43,882 nt of DNA from Candidatus Saccharimonadota bacterium (lineage in GTDB: Bacteria > Patescibacteriota > Saccharimonadia > Saccharimonadales > UBA10212): assembly GCA_013815775.1 (NCBI GenBank), contig JACDFN010000001.1, forward strand, positions 1 to 43,882, in the 5' to 3' direction. Of the stretch, positions 1-7,509 are shown piece after piece. Under the pieces are notes generated by a model. It did not search any database, was not told the origin of the DNA, and saw nothing but the letters and a program-made list of their open reading frames with translations. Made by a program: the position numbers and the translations under genes. Every line of letters starts with the position of its first letter. The stretch's first letter is position 1.

Positions 1-85
1 CCTGCGACAAAATTGCTTTGCAACTGCGCAAGGCGGCCTAGCATTACTCACTTAAATCCCGGCCTTACCTTCCCCTAAATGTTGA

Positions 86-120
86 GTGCGGAGCGCAATT
101 GGCTCCGTCACAGCACTTTT
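86..120 (+). terminator. Stem-loop, possible intrinsic terminator for a + strand transcript entering from the left
   Basis: CGGAGC/GCTCCG inner stem, AGTGC/GCACT outer stem, then a T run abutting the 3' end of the convergent tRNA-Arg. Confidence 0.4.
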
Positions 121-196
121 GGTACACCCGACAGGATTCGAACCTACGACCTTTGGCTCCGCAAGCCAACGCTCTATCCAGCTGAGCTACGGGTGC
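120..196 (-). tRNA. tRNA-Arg, anticodon GCG
   Basis: Reverse complement GCACCCGTAGCTCAGCTGGATAGAGCG-TTGGC-TTGCGGA-GCCAA-AGGTCGTAGGTTCGAATCCTGTCGGGTGTACCA; canonical D and T arms, encoded CCA. Confidence 0.96.
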
Positions 197-216
197 ACGT
201 TTCAAGAACAGGGGTG

Positions 217-225
217 ATTGTATCA
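217..225 (-). promoter_or_regulatory. Extended -10 promoter of tRNA-Arg
   Basis: TG-A-TACAAT on the minus strand, 20 nt upstream of the tRNA. Confidence 0.55.
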
Positions 226-325
226 CGCTGTAGGTATAAATACTAGAAACTGAAGGGAAGAGCAACTTTAGCAACGGATTCATTCCGCACCCACCACGAT
301 GAGGAGAACCTAGGTTTTCCCCATA

Positions 326-898
326 TTAGAACCGTAATCGGGAAGTGAGCCGCTCAATTCGGTCTGGCTTGCGGTCTTCGTGGGGGATATGTTCGCCTAA
401 GGCATTTACAATACGCTCCTCATCCGCAGGCGGGTAGTAAGCCGAGATGGGTGGCATAAATCTTTTAAGTGGCAGCAAGCTTACGCTATTAATATCTCCT
501 TCGTTAACCACTGTGAAAGATCTAAATTGCCTGAAACTGTACTTTTTATCGGCTATTCGTATTCCGGAGTTTGATATTTCATATTTTATTTCGCGTGGTT
601 TACGAGAAGCAAAAACTCCAACAATTATTCCAACGGCCAATATAACGCCAGTAGCAAAATATTCCTTGGTCAAGAAATAAATTCCGGCAGCAAGAACCAA
701 TGTACCGCCTGCCAGGGCACCGTACCATCCGCTACTGTGTTGGTGGTCTATATATTCCGAAGCAGTCCAAGAAATTGTATCAGCAGTTTTACTTAAGGGC
801 TTTTCGGAATTAGCACCCGAATTGTCCGGTACCGGTTCCTGATTTTCATCGCTGCTGTCTGGCTTATACTGCCATGATGCGTCTGAGTTTTCATCCAT
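326..898 (-). CDS. Hypothetical membrane protein (acidic disordered N-terminus, 2 TM helices, small PH-like beta domain)
   Basis: 190-aa ORF; ISWTASEY..H..W motif, two hydrophobic segments and YEISNSGIRI..KKYSF; resembles a common CPR family. Confidence 0.75.
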   Translation of the reverse strand: MDENSDASWQYKPDSSDENQEPVPDNSGANSEKPLSKTADTISWTASEYIDHQHSSGWYGALAGGTLVLAAGIYFLTKEYFATGVILAVGIIVGVFASRKPREIKYEISNSGIRIADKKYSFRQFRSFTVVNEGDINSVSLLPLKRFMPPISAYYPPADEERIVNALGEHIPHEDRKPDRIERLTSRLRF

Positions 899-992
899 AA
901 TAATAATCTAGTAGTAGTTATAACTTAAGCATATTGTAACGGAATCGATTGCTTTAGACCATAAAGGCTGCCTGGCTATGTAAGGTGTTTCT

Positions 993-1001
993 TGATATAC
1001 T
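993..1001 (+). promoter_or_regulatory. Extended -10 promoter of the tRNA-Ser pair
   Basis: TG-A-TATACT, 40 nt upstream of tRNA-Ser(TGA). Confidence 0.55.
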
Positions 1002-1041
1002 TACCCCGTTATTTTACCAATTTAGCTACATTAACAAATAA

Positions 1042-1127
1042 GGAAGGGTGACCGAGCGGTTGAAGGTACCGGTCTTGAAAACCGGCAAGCGAAAGCTTCG
1101 TGGGTTCGAATCCCACCCCTTCCGCCA
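1042..1127 (+). tRNA. tRNA-Ser, anticodon TGA
   Basis: GGAAGGG acceptor, CCGGT-CTTGAAA-ACCGG anticodon arm, AAGC-GAAA-GCTT variable arm, GGTTCGAATCC, GCCA end. Confidence 0.96.
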
Positions 1128-1206
1128 GCACATTCAACACTGGAAGCTTCGTAATTTACTCAACCGATAAGCTACTGTCGGCTTTCGTGTAAAGTGTCGC
1201 TTATAA

Positions 1207-1308
1207 AATTCAAGACAGCTTGTCTTGAATTATGGACGAAGAGCTGTTCGTAAAATTTGTTTTTCAAATACGGCACGTCATTTGAAAAACAAATCCAAGG
1301 ACAAGCTC
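1207..1308 (+). repeat. Long inverted repeats in the inter-tRNA spacer
   Basis: AATTCAAGACA/TGTCTTGAATT (1207-1231) and ATTTGTTTTTCAAAT/ATTTGAAAAACAAAT (1255-1294), the latter enclosed by GAGCT/AGCTC (1241-1308). Confidence 0.85.
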
Positions 1309-1315
1309 TGAGGAA

Positions 1316-1408
1316 GGAGAGGTACCCAAGAGGCTGAAGGGGTCGGTTTGCTAAATCGATAGGGGGGCGCAAGCTCCCGCGAGGGTTCGAATCCCTCCCT
1401 CTCCGCCA
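1316..1408 (+). tRNA. tRNA-Ser, anticodon GCT
   Basis: GGAGAGG acceptor, TCGGT-TTGCTAA-ATCGA anticodon arm, long variable arm, GGTTCGAATCC, GCCA end. Confidence 0.96.
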
Positions 1409-1520
1409 TACTAGTCTTAGTTGAATTAGAGTCGGGGTCCCAAGCATTGTTTTTTACATTTTTTTATTGACATACCCCCTAATAAACATAACAATAATTA
1501 TGAATACATAACCTTAACTT

Positions 1521-3341
1521 ATGAAGGACCTACAAATGCTAAAAACAAAACTATTAAATAGTAGTTCCTCCTTTTCAAAGCGTCAGATGACTATATTCGC
1601 TGTGTTGTTTGCGGTCATTGGGGGCTTTTTTCTATATAGGACTTTTGCAGCTGGGCCTTTGGTGGCTAGTTTAGAAGCAGAGCAAATGACATTACCCGGT
1701 GGTGGTAGCGTTATTGCTGACGCCAATGCCAGTAGCGGTAAAGCTGTGAAGTTAAGGGGTTCCGGTGTAATCCAGGGACTTGTATCGTTGCCATCCTCGC
1801 TTACATCATTTGACATAGTAGCAAAAGCTAACAAGTGCCACGGTAAATGGCCATCCATGAGAGTTGAACTGAGTGGAGTTCAACTTATTAGTACCGTAGT
1901 TTCATCTAATAGCTGGAAGACATATAGTGCCAACACCAACGCTGCCAGTGGTAGTCGTAACGTCTATGTGAGCTACACCGGTGGAAGCGACTGCACGACC
2001 ACACTCTATTTGGATGTTAGCCGTTTTTATGGACCGACTAATGAAGTTACCCCTCCGCCAACTATATCCCTAAGTGCTACACCATCTTCTGTAAGTCCCG
2101 GGTCGCCGGCTACGCTAACCTGGAATTCGGCTAATGCAACCAGCTGTACAGCCAGCGGAGCTTGGAGTGGATTCCAGCCTACAAGCGGTTCTACATCTAC
2201 CGGAGCCCTAAATAATACCAGCACCTATAGTTTAGGGTGCACTGGAAGTGGGGGGGATGCCAATGCTAGTACCACTGTTACGGTTACCACTGCTACGCCT
2301 CCGCCACCACCTCCGCCACCCTCAGGCACAAACTACGACCCACGTAACGGCGGCCGTCTCTTTTCAATCTTGGCTTCTTGGAATCAGCGTATCCCGCTAA
2401 ATCCAGCACTATCCCCCAACAATTCAGCTCAAATAAATAAGATCGTCGAGCTGGTGAACGCCAGGGGGTGGCCGATGGGCACTAGAGCCTATACCGCGGC
2501 CACATATTTCGTAGACTCTTCCACGCCGAAGCGAACTGTTTACACGGTAGAGGGCGGGCCTCTCTACAACGTGCCAATCCCGAATGAGATATACCTTCCT
2601 CAAGATGTTCCTCTCTTAGACGTTTCGCTGGTCACAGTAGACCTACAGCGTGGTTGCGTCTGGGATATGGGCGGAGTCAAGCTGAGGACAACAGATAGCA
2701 ACCTTGATACTCAATACGCCTGGAACTACAAGGTAGACTCACCGGGCTGGTCACAATATTCTGGAACTCCAAGTGCCTCAGGCTCCGCCTTTCCCGGAGG
2801 ACTCATCTTCCCTGAGGAGATAAAAGCGGGTCGAATCGATCACGCTCTTAGGTTCAAGTACCCATTCCACCGTGTCAGTGGCCGCGTAGGCGGCCAAGGT
2901 AGCTGGGGCCAGGCTCCGGTAGATCCCGCCAATTCATCCGATATGTGGGGACCGAGCTTGACAACCTACTCCGGTGTCTCCGGCTACTCGGGCTCCGAAG
3001 AGTCGTATACGATACCCGAGGGTGGACGCATCCAACTAGACCCGAATCTGAATCTCGACACCTTCCAGCCCGCTCTTAACAGGTGGCAGAAGATTGTTGC
3101 GAGGGCGCTCCAGGAGTATGGAGCATACTTCGTGGATTACGGAGGTAACTTTGCCTTCGACTTCAATAGCCGTATGGCCTACCAGAACGACCCATATGTA
3201 GCGTCCGATGTACTAGGAACTTCAGACGACTACGTCTACATGCCCAACGAGCTAGCTAAATACTTACGATCGCTTGCGTCTGGGCCGCAGAAGACTCCTG
3301 TCTGGAACCCAGCCGGTAATAGAGACCCTGCCTGCTCCTAG
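1521..3341 (+). CDS. Secreted/surface multidomain protein: signal/TM, CBM-like module, Ig-like repeat, poly-Pro linker, uncharacterised C-terminal domain
   Basis: Hydrophobic leader ending RTFAA; LEAEQM..ASSGKAVKL typical of CBM6/35-like jelly-rolls; ATLTWNSANATSCTASGAW Ig repeat; P9 linker; GGLIFPEEIKAGRIDHALRF...ARALQEYGAYFVD. Start could be 1536. Confidence 0.8.
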   Translation: MKDLQMLKTKLLNSSSSFSKRQMTIFAVLFAVIGGFFLYRTFAAGPLVASLEAEQMTLPGGGSVIADANASSGKAVKLRGSGVIQGLVSLPSSLTSFDIVAKANKCHGKWPSMRVELSGVQLISTVVSSNSWKTYSANTNAASGSRNVYVSYTGGSDCTTTLYLDVSRFYGPTNEVTPPPTISLSATPSSVSPGSPATLTWNSANATSCTASGAWSGFQPTSGSTSTGALNNTSTYSLGCTGSGGDANASTTVTVTTATPPPPPPPPSGTNYDPRNGGRLFSILASWNQRIPLNPALSPNNSAQINKIVELVNARGWPMGTRAYTAATYFVDSSTPKRTVYTVEGGPLYNVPIPNEIYLPQDVPLLDVSLVTVDLQRGCVWDMGGVKLRTTDSNLDTQYAWNYKVDSPGWSQYSGTPSASGSAFPGGLIFPEEIKAGRIDHALRFKYPFHRVSGRVGGQGSWGQAPVDPANSSDMWGPSLTTYSGVSGYSGSEESYTIPEGGRIQLDPNLNLDTFQPALNRWQKIVARALQEYGAYFVDYGGNFAFDFNSRMAYQNDPYVASDVLGTSDDYVYMPNELAKYLRSLASGPQKTPVWNPAGNRDPACS

Positions 3342-3391
3342 CAGGCACTTTAAGGAACTTACGGGATTCCTTAAATAAGCCTTTTAGGCTT
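3329..3391. terminator. Three tandem hairpins between convergent genes
   Basis: TGCCTGCT/AGCAGGCA (3329-3347), TTTAAGGAA/TTCCTTAAA (3349-3375), AAGCCT/AGGCTT (3377-3391). Confidence 0.55.
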
Positions 3392-3456
3392 CACATATAG
3401 CTCCATGCTCGACTATTCCGGCATCCTTAAGCATTTGACTTATCAGGTGTGAATAT

Positions 3457-4152
3457 TCAAAGGCTTTTAGCAAAAACTAAAGCATCGACGTGTTTGGCGC
3501 CCGATTGGCGTAACATTTGGGTCGCCGCAGCAAGAGTCGCTCCGGTAGTCACTACGTCATCTATAAGAAGTACGCTGCGACCTTTTACTAAATTTGGTCG
3601 ACGGAGATAATAACTGCCACCTGCCTGAGCGCGCCGGGCTTCTCGCCGACTACCAACTTGCCGCTGCTGTCCAAGGCGCCCTAGAGCACAACAGCTTTCT
3701 ATTTTTAATATTTTCGAAAGATGGCCAGCCAGTAGTTCGGCATGCCCAAAACTTCTTTGGCGCATACGGCTCGTGGCGGTAGGAATAGGCACAACTGAGT
3801 AATTGGTGTTTTTTATTTCCTCATCACCGCTATAAGATAGGAAAGTTTCGGCCATCAGGCTGGCTATTGGCGTAGCGGCTGCACGCAGATGGCCAAATTT
3901 GTAAGCTCTAATTAGCTCTTTTGCTGCACCCCGGTAATCTGTAGTTACCCAGATATGTCGGGGGCCACCAAAATGTCTACACCCAGAGCAAGTTTGTGAT
4001 TTTTCGCTCAAACTACCACAGCGCCAACAACGAGCCCCAAAAGGAATTATCTCGCTGGATATGCAAGCCCGACAAAGAGCACTGCCTTCTGATGCGCAGA
4101 TCACGCATAGAGGAGGAGCCAACCACCCTATAGCTAACTCAATCATACTCAT
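3457..4152 (-). CDS. comF: ComF family competence protein (double zinc ribbon + phosphoribosyltransferase domain)
   Basis: Four CxxC pairs; VVPIP..R.RQRSFGH; VLLIDDVVTTGATL PRPP-binding motif. Confidence 0.92.
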   Translation of the reverse strand: MSMIELAIGWLAPPLCVICASEGSALCRACISSEIIPFGARCWRCGSLSEKSQTCSGCRHFGGPRHIWVTTDYRGAAKELIRAYKFGHLRAAATPIASLMAETFLSYSGDEEIKNTNYSVVPIPTATSRMRQRSFGHAELLAGHLSKILKIESCCALGRLGQQRQVGSRREARRAQAGGSYYLRRPNLVKGRSVLLIDDVVTTGATLAAATQMLRQSGAKHVDALVFAKSL

Positions 4153-4293
4153 CTATTTAGCTTCGGCCGGTTTGATTAATGTATATAATCTATGGTCTTT
4201 GTATCAAAAGTCAACCATGACCGTTTTAAATAATAATTACTGGCCTAAGAACCGTGTTGTAAATCTACTGTTGTAAATGTTAGCTATAACATG

Positions 4294-4321
4294 TTGCTTG
4301 GGAGGGCTAATAGGCTATACT
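4294..4321 (+). promoter_or_regulatory. Putative sigma70 promoter of hsp20
   Basis: TTGCTT-N16-TATACT; GGAGG SD upstream of ATG 4378. Confidence 0.5.
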
Positions 4322-4377
4322 AGCCTTAACATAAACATGCAAATTAGAAAATAATCCGTAAGTTTGGAGGAATAGCC

Positions 4378-4851
4378 ATGGCTAGAAGTAGCCAACAAGA
4401 TGACCTTTTGATGGGTGATGACATAACCGCAGCTTTTTTGAGTGAAGAGGATGAAGTACAAGTTGATAATTCTAGCGAACCACAACGTACACCGGAAGCT
4501 GAAGAATGGGACGACGAGTCTCCCGTAGCTGGACAGCTAGCAGTGGATGTTTATGAAACCAAGGAAAAGTTGATAGTCAAAGGCCGTGTAGCAGGTGTCA
4601 ATAAAAGTGACCTCGATGTTAGTATCTCTGATAATACGCTTACTATTCGCGGCACCCTTAACGCCGGTAATGAAGATGGGGTAGAGAACTACTTTCTGCA
4701 AGAGTGCTACTGGGGTGAGTTTAGCCGGAGCATAGTTTTGCCTGTACCCGTTAAAGAAGATGAGATAGAGGCTGTTTTAAAAGACGGCGTATTGACTGTA
4801 GGTTTTGCTAAACTCAAACAAGACACAGTCAAGAAAATTCAAGTCATGTAA
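4378..4851 (+). CDS. Hsp20/alpha-crystallin small heat-shock protein
   Basis: VDVYET..AGV.K.DLDV...LTIRG..ECYWGEFSRSIVLP...A.LKDGVLTV and C-terminal IQV (IxI) motif. Confidence 0.93.
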   Translation: MARSSQQDDLLMGDDITAAFLSEEDEVQVDNSSEPQRTPEAEEWDDESPVAGQLAVDVYETKEKLIVKGRVAGVNKSDLDVSISDNTLTIRGTLNAGNEDGVENYFLQECYWGEFSRSIVLPVPVKEDEIEAVLKDGVLTVGFAKLKQDTVKKIQVM

Positions 4852-4867
4852 AACAAATATTGAACAT

Positions 4868-4901
4868 TTAAAAACACCCCCTGCATAGGAGGTGTTTTTA
4901 A
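4868..4901. terminator. Bidirectional intrinsic terminator between hsp20 and the pilin array
   Basis: TTAAAAACACC...GGTGTTTTTAA inverted repeat with A/T tails on both sides. Confidence 0.85.
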
Positions 4902-4934
4902 TCAGTATCGTACTTTGTTAGCAATAAAAGGGAA

Positions 4935-5348
4935 CTATCCGTTGGCTATTTTACTGAGCGTAAACCTCACCAGGACCTGCGCTAAGGCTACTATAATCAA
5001 ACCTATGATGGCATAGAGTATGGTGTTTTTAGCGCTTGTGACACTCGTGTCGTTTCCACCGCTTGTTATGTAGCGCAATCCACCGACTATTATCATAATG
5101 ACGGCAATTACCCCTACAATGGCTGAAAGTAAGTTAATGACAGACCGAATTAAGTCGTTTATTTTTTCAGTGGCATCGCCGCTACTACTACAGTCTCTAG
5201 TTGGATTTTCGCTGAATTCTAGTTCAGCACCGGTGCAAAGTCCGCCAATAATATCGTTCTCTTGGGCATATGCCGGAACAGCCTGAGCAAAATTAAAGCC
5301 TAAGACTATAGCTATTGAGGCCAGGAAACCAGTTATTCTATACATCAC
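4935..5348 (-). CDS. VirB2/TrbC-like T4SS pilin 1
   Basis: Signal peptide ending AYA; two TM helices joined by GGLRYITSGG..AKNTILYAIIGL. Confidence 0.88.
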   Translation of the reverse strand: MMYRITGFLASIAIVLGFNFAQAVPAYAQENDIIGGLCTGAELEFSENPTRDCSSSGDATEKINDLIRSVINLLSAIVGVIAVIMIIVGGLRYITSGGNDTSVTSAKNTILYAIIGLIIVALAQVLVRFTLSKIANG

Positions 5349-5352
5349 TTTT

Positions 5353-5361
5353 ATTTTACCA
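5353..5361 (-). promoter_or_regulatory. Extended -10 immediately upstream of pilin 1 (possible leaderless mRNA)
   Basis: TG-G-TAAAAT 4 nt before GTG-ATG; no SD. Confidence 0.4.
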
Positions 5362-5387
5362 GGTTTTACTTCTATAATTGCGCTAAG

Positions 5388-5816
5388 TTAGGATGCTATC
5401 GATGTGGTGTTGCTTAGAACAAACCGTACTATTACCTGGGACAACGCAACAATGATTAGGCCGATTAAGGCATAAAGTATGGTGTTTTTAGCGTTCCCAA
5501 CTTTAGTGCTATCACCGCCACTTGTTATGTAACGCAAACCACCAAATATAATCATAATAACGGCTATGACTCCAATGATGACCGACAATATATTAACTAT
5601 GCGGCGCAGTAAATCGCTGAAGTTGCCCGTTGAGGTATTAGGATCTTCGCAGGTTGCTTCGCCTTCTGCGATAACTAACTCCTGAGCACCTTTACACAGA
5701 CCTCCCTGTATCGGCCCTGTGCCTTGTGCATGCGCGACTACTGGCACCAGAGTAGGTACAGAAAACATAAGCGCTGAACTCAAGATTAACAGTTTGTTTT
5801 TAATTTTTTGAAACAT
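5388..5816 (-). CDS. VirB2/TrbC-like T4SS pilin 2 (candidate major pilin)
   Basis: Signal peptide ending AHA; GGLRYITSGGD..AKNTILYALIGL; AAAGGA SD. Confidence 0.9.
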   Translation of the reverse strand: MFQKIKNKLLILSSALMFSVPTLVPVVAHAQGTGPIQGGLCKGAQELVIAEGEATCEDPNTSTGNFSDLLRRIVNILSVIIGVIAVIMIIFGGLRYITSGGDSTKVGNAKNTILYALIGLIIVALSQVIVRFVLSNTTSIAS

Positions 5817-5843
5817 TTTAATTCCTTTGGTTATTTATCTTAC

Positions 5844-5871
5844 AGTATATACGCTCTTATACCACAGTCAA
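5844..5871 (-). promoter_or_regulatory. Putative internal sigma70 promoter of pilin 2
   Basis: TTGACT-N16-TATACT on the minus strand in the 88-bp gap. Confidence 0.6.
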
Positions 5872-5904
5872 CACGCTTATGGCAACGAATGGCAGTCATC
5901 TACA

Positions 5905-6393
5905 TCAATCTGGCTGAGTACCGGGTTTAATCCCTCCACTCGAAGGGGGCGGTGTGGTGTTGGGCTGGCTAGAACTCTTCGATTTAGGGGGAGGGGTTGT
6001 ATCCGTTGCGGTACTTAGCACAAATCTAACTATTACCTGAGCTAGCGCTACTACGACCAGCCCTATAGCCGCATACAATATAGTATTTTTTGCGTTGGCT
6101 ACTTTGGTTGTATCTCCGGCGCTGGTTATGTACCGCAGCCCACCAAACATAATCATAACTACCGCCACTACTCCAATAATTACCGAGAAGACGTTTAAGC
6201 CGCTTTCTATGGTACTGTCCAACTTTTTGGGGTCGTTGCTGCCACTTTCTCCGGCACCAGCATTTGCACCGCACTTAATCTGTTCGGCCGTAGTGGTGCC
6301 CGGGCACTGTGCGTAAACGGAACCTAATAAAAAACTGAACGTAAAAATAATAGTAGCTATAAAAACCAATACTTTATTTAATAGTCGATGCAT
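5905..6393 (-). CDS. VirB2/TrbC-like T4SS pilin 3 with Pro/Ser/Thr-rich C-terminal tail
   Basis: Signal ending VYA; GGLRYITSAGD..AKNTILYAAIGL; TTPPP-containing tail. Confidence 0.88.
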   Translation of the reverse strand: MHRLLNKVLVFIATIIFTFSFLLGSVYAQCPGTTTAEQIKCGANAGAGESGSNDPKKLDSTIESGLNVFSVIIGVVAVVMIMFGGLRYITSAGDTTKVANAKNTILYAAIGLVVVALAQVIVRFVLSTATDTTPPPKSKSSSQPNTTPPPSSGGIKPGTQPD

Positions 6394-6398
6394 AAGCT

Positions 6399-6821
6399 TT
6401 ATTGAAGCACCCTGTCGGTTATAAATCTAGTCATAGCCCATGCTAGTGCAATAATAACCAGTCCAATAAGCGAATAAACAATGCGCCTTCTGCCTAAAGC
6501 TACTGCTTCGGTGCTTCCGCCTGAAGTTATTAAATTAAAACCACCCAGTAATATTATGAAAATTGCAAATACGGCAGCTACTGAGGCAATGATGGTGGCA
6601 ACATCGTTAATTGTTTCTGTTATGGGGTTAGAGGTGCCGCTTTTAGTTTCTTCGTTGTCTTTGCAAACCGAGCTTTCCGCAGACGAGTTAGTCTTAGTAT
6701 CTTTGCAGCTTCCCTTAAAAAAATTGAACTGGGCGCTAACGGTAGGGGCACTTGCAAGCAGTACCGCGCTGTATAAAAACAAGGATAGAATAACTAGGTT
6801 TATTCTATTTCTAAACATCAA
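6399..6821 (-). CDS. VirB2/TrbC-like T4SS pilin 4
   Basis: Signal ending VSA; GGFNLITSGG..GRRRIVYSLIGL. Confidence 0.85.
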   Translation of the reverse strand: MMFRNRINLVILSLFLYSAVLLASAPTVSAQFNFFKGSCKDTKTNSSAESSVCKDNEETKSGTSNPITETINDVATIIASVAAVFAIFIILLGGFNLITSGGSTEAVALGRRRIVYSLIGLVIIALAWAMTRFITDRVLQ

Positions 6822-7105
6822 TTTCCAACCCTTGTAATCACAAAATTAACAATAGCAACGGCCAGGGCTGCGATTACTAATCCGACGGCTATATGTAAAA
6901 GCCTCATCTTTGACTGGGCAATTTTAGCTGGATCACCTTGGGCAGTTATATAACGAAGACCGGCAACTACAAAAAGCAATACCGCCAGCGCCCCTAAAAT
7001 TACATAGACGAGTGCAAAAATCTTATCTATCGTCTTGCCGTCTGCTTTTGTACCCGGCAGATTGCTGTTATCTAAAAGACCGGCTAGATAATACAGTCGC
7101 TTCAT
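6818..7105 (-). CDS. VirB2/TrbC-like T4SS pilin 5 (short, no classical signal peptide)
   Basis: AGLRYITAQGDP.KIAQSK..LLHIAVGL between two TM helices; ATGA overlap with pilin 4. Confidence 0.85.
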   Translation of the reverse strand: MKRLYYLAGLLDNSNLPGTKADGKTIDKIFALVYVILGALAVLLFVVAGLRYITAQGDPAKIAQSKMRLLHIAVGLVIAALAVAIVNFVITRVGN

Positions 7106-7108
7106 TTC

Positions 7109-7507
7109 TTAACCAATTGCCCTTCCAATGAACGATACAACTACAGTGGCCATCATCACAATGACCAGACCGAATATTGCGTTCAAAATTCTCTTTCTGG
7201 CAGAAGCAGCTTTCTCTGGATTTCCATCAGATGTCATGTAGGCGACGCCGGCTATAATTATGTATATTACCGCCAATATACCAGCGGCGTAGAGCATCAT
7301 GTCTATGATGGCGAAAGCTATAGCCCAAACATCATCAGGAAATTTTACTTTGGGGGTACAATTTCCAAGGCCATCGCGTTCGCCGTCCTTAATGTATTTC
7401 CACCAACGCGGCAAGCCAAAAAACGGATTTTTAGACTGATCGAGGTCACAAGCATCACCGATATCAACATTATTTATATTCGGGAGCTGCGCTAAAAACC
7501 ATTGCAT
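7109..7507 (-). CDS. VirB2/TrbC-like T4SS pilin 6 (FFGLPRWWKY type, no classical signal peptide)
   Basis: AGVAYMTSDGNPEKAASARKRILNAIFGL between two TM helices. Confidence 0.85.
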   Translation of the reverse strand: MQWFLAQLPNINNVDIGDACDLDQSKNPFFGLPRWWKYIKDGERDGLGNCTPKVKFPDDVWAIAFAIIDMMLYAAGILAVIYIIIAGVAYMTSDGNPEKAASARKRILNAIFGLVIVMMATVVVSFIGRAIG

Positions 7508-7509
7508 CG

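Noticed and set aside
1-60. Frame ending ...IALQLRKAA-stop, resembling a tmRNA tag
   Set aside because: No tRNA-like 3' domain follows; too short, and more likely the end of an upstream CDS
65-283. 72-aa ORF
   Set aside because: Overlaps tRNA-Arg; shadow ORF
1172-1447. 91-aa ORF
   Set aside because: Antisense to tRNA-Ser(GCT)
1467-1498. TTGACA promoter for the 606-aa gene
   Set aside because: Perfect -35 but no good -10 at 16-18 bp spacing
4153-4377. CIRCE element upstream of hsp20
   Set aside because: No TTAGCACTC-N9-GAGTGCTAA match
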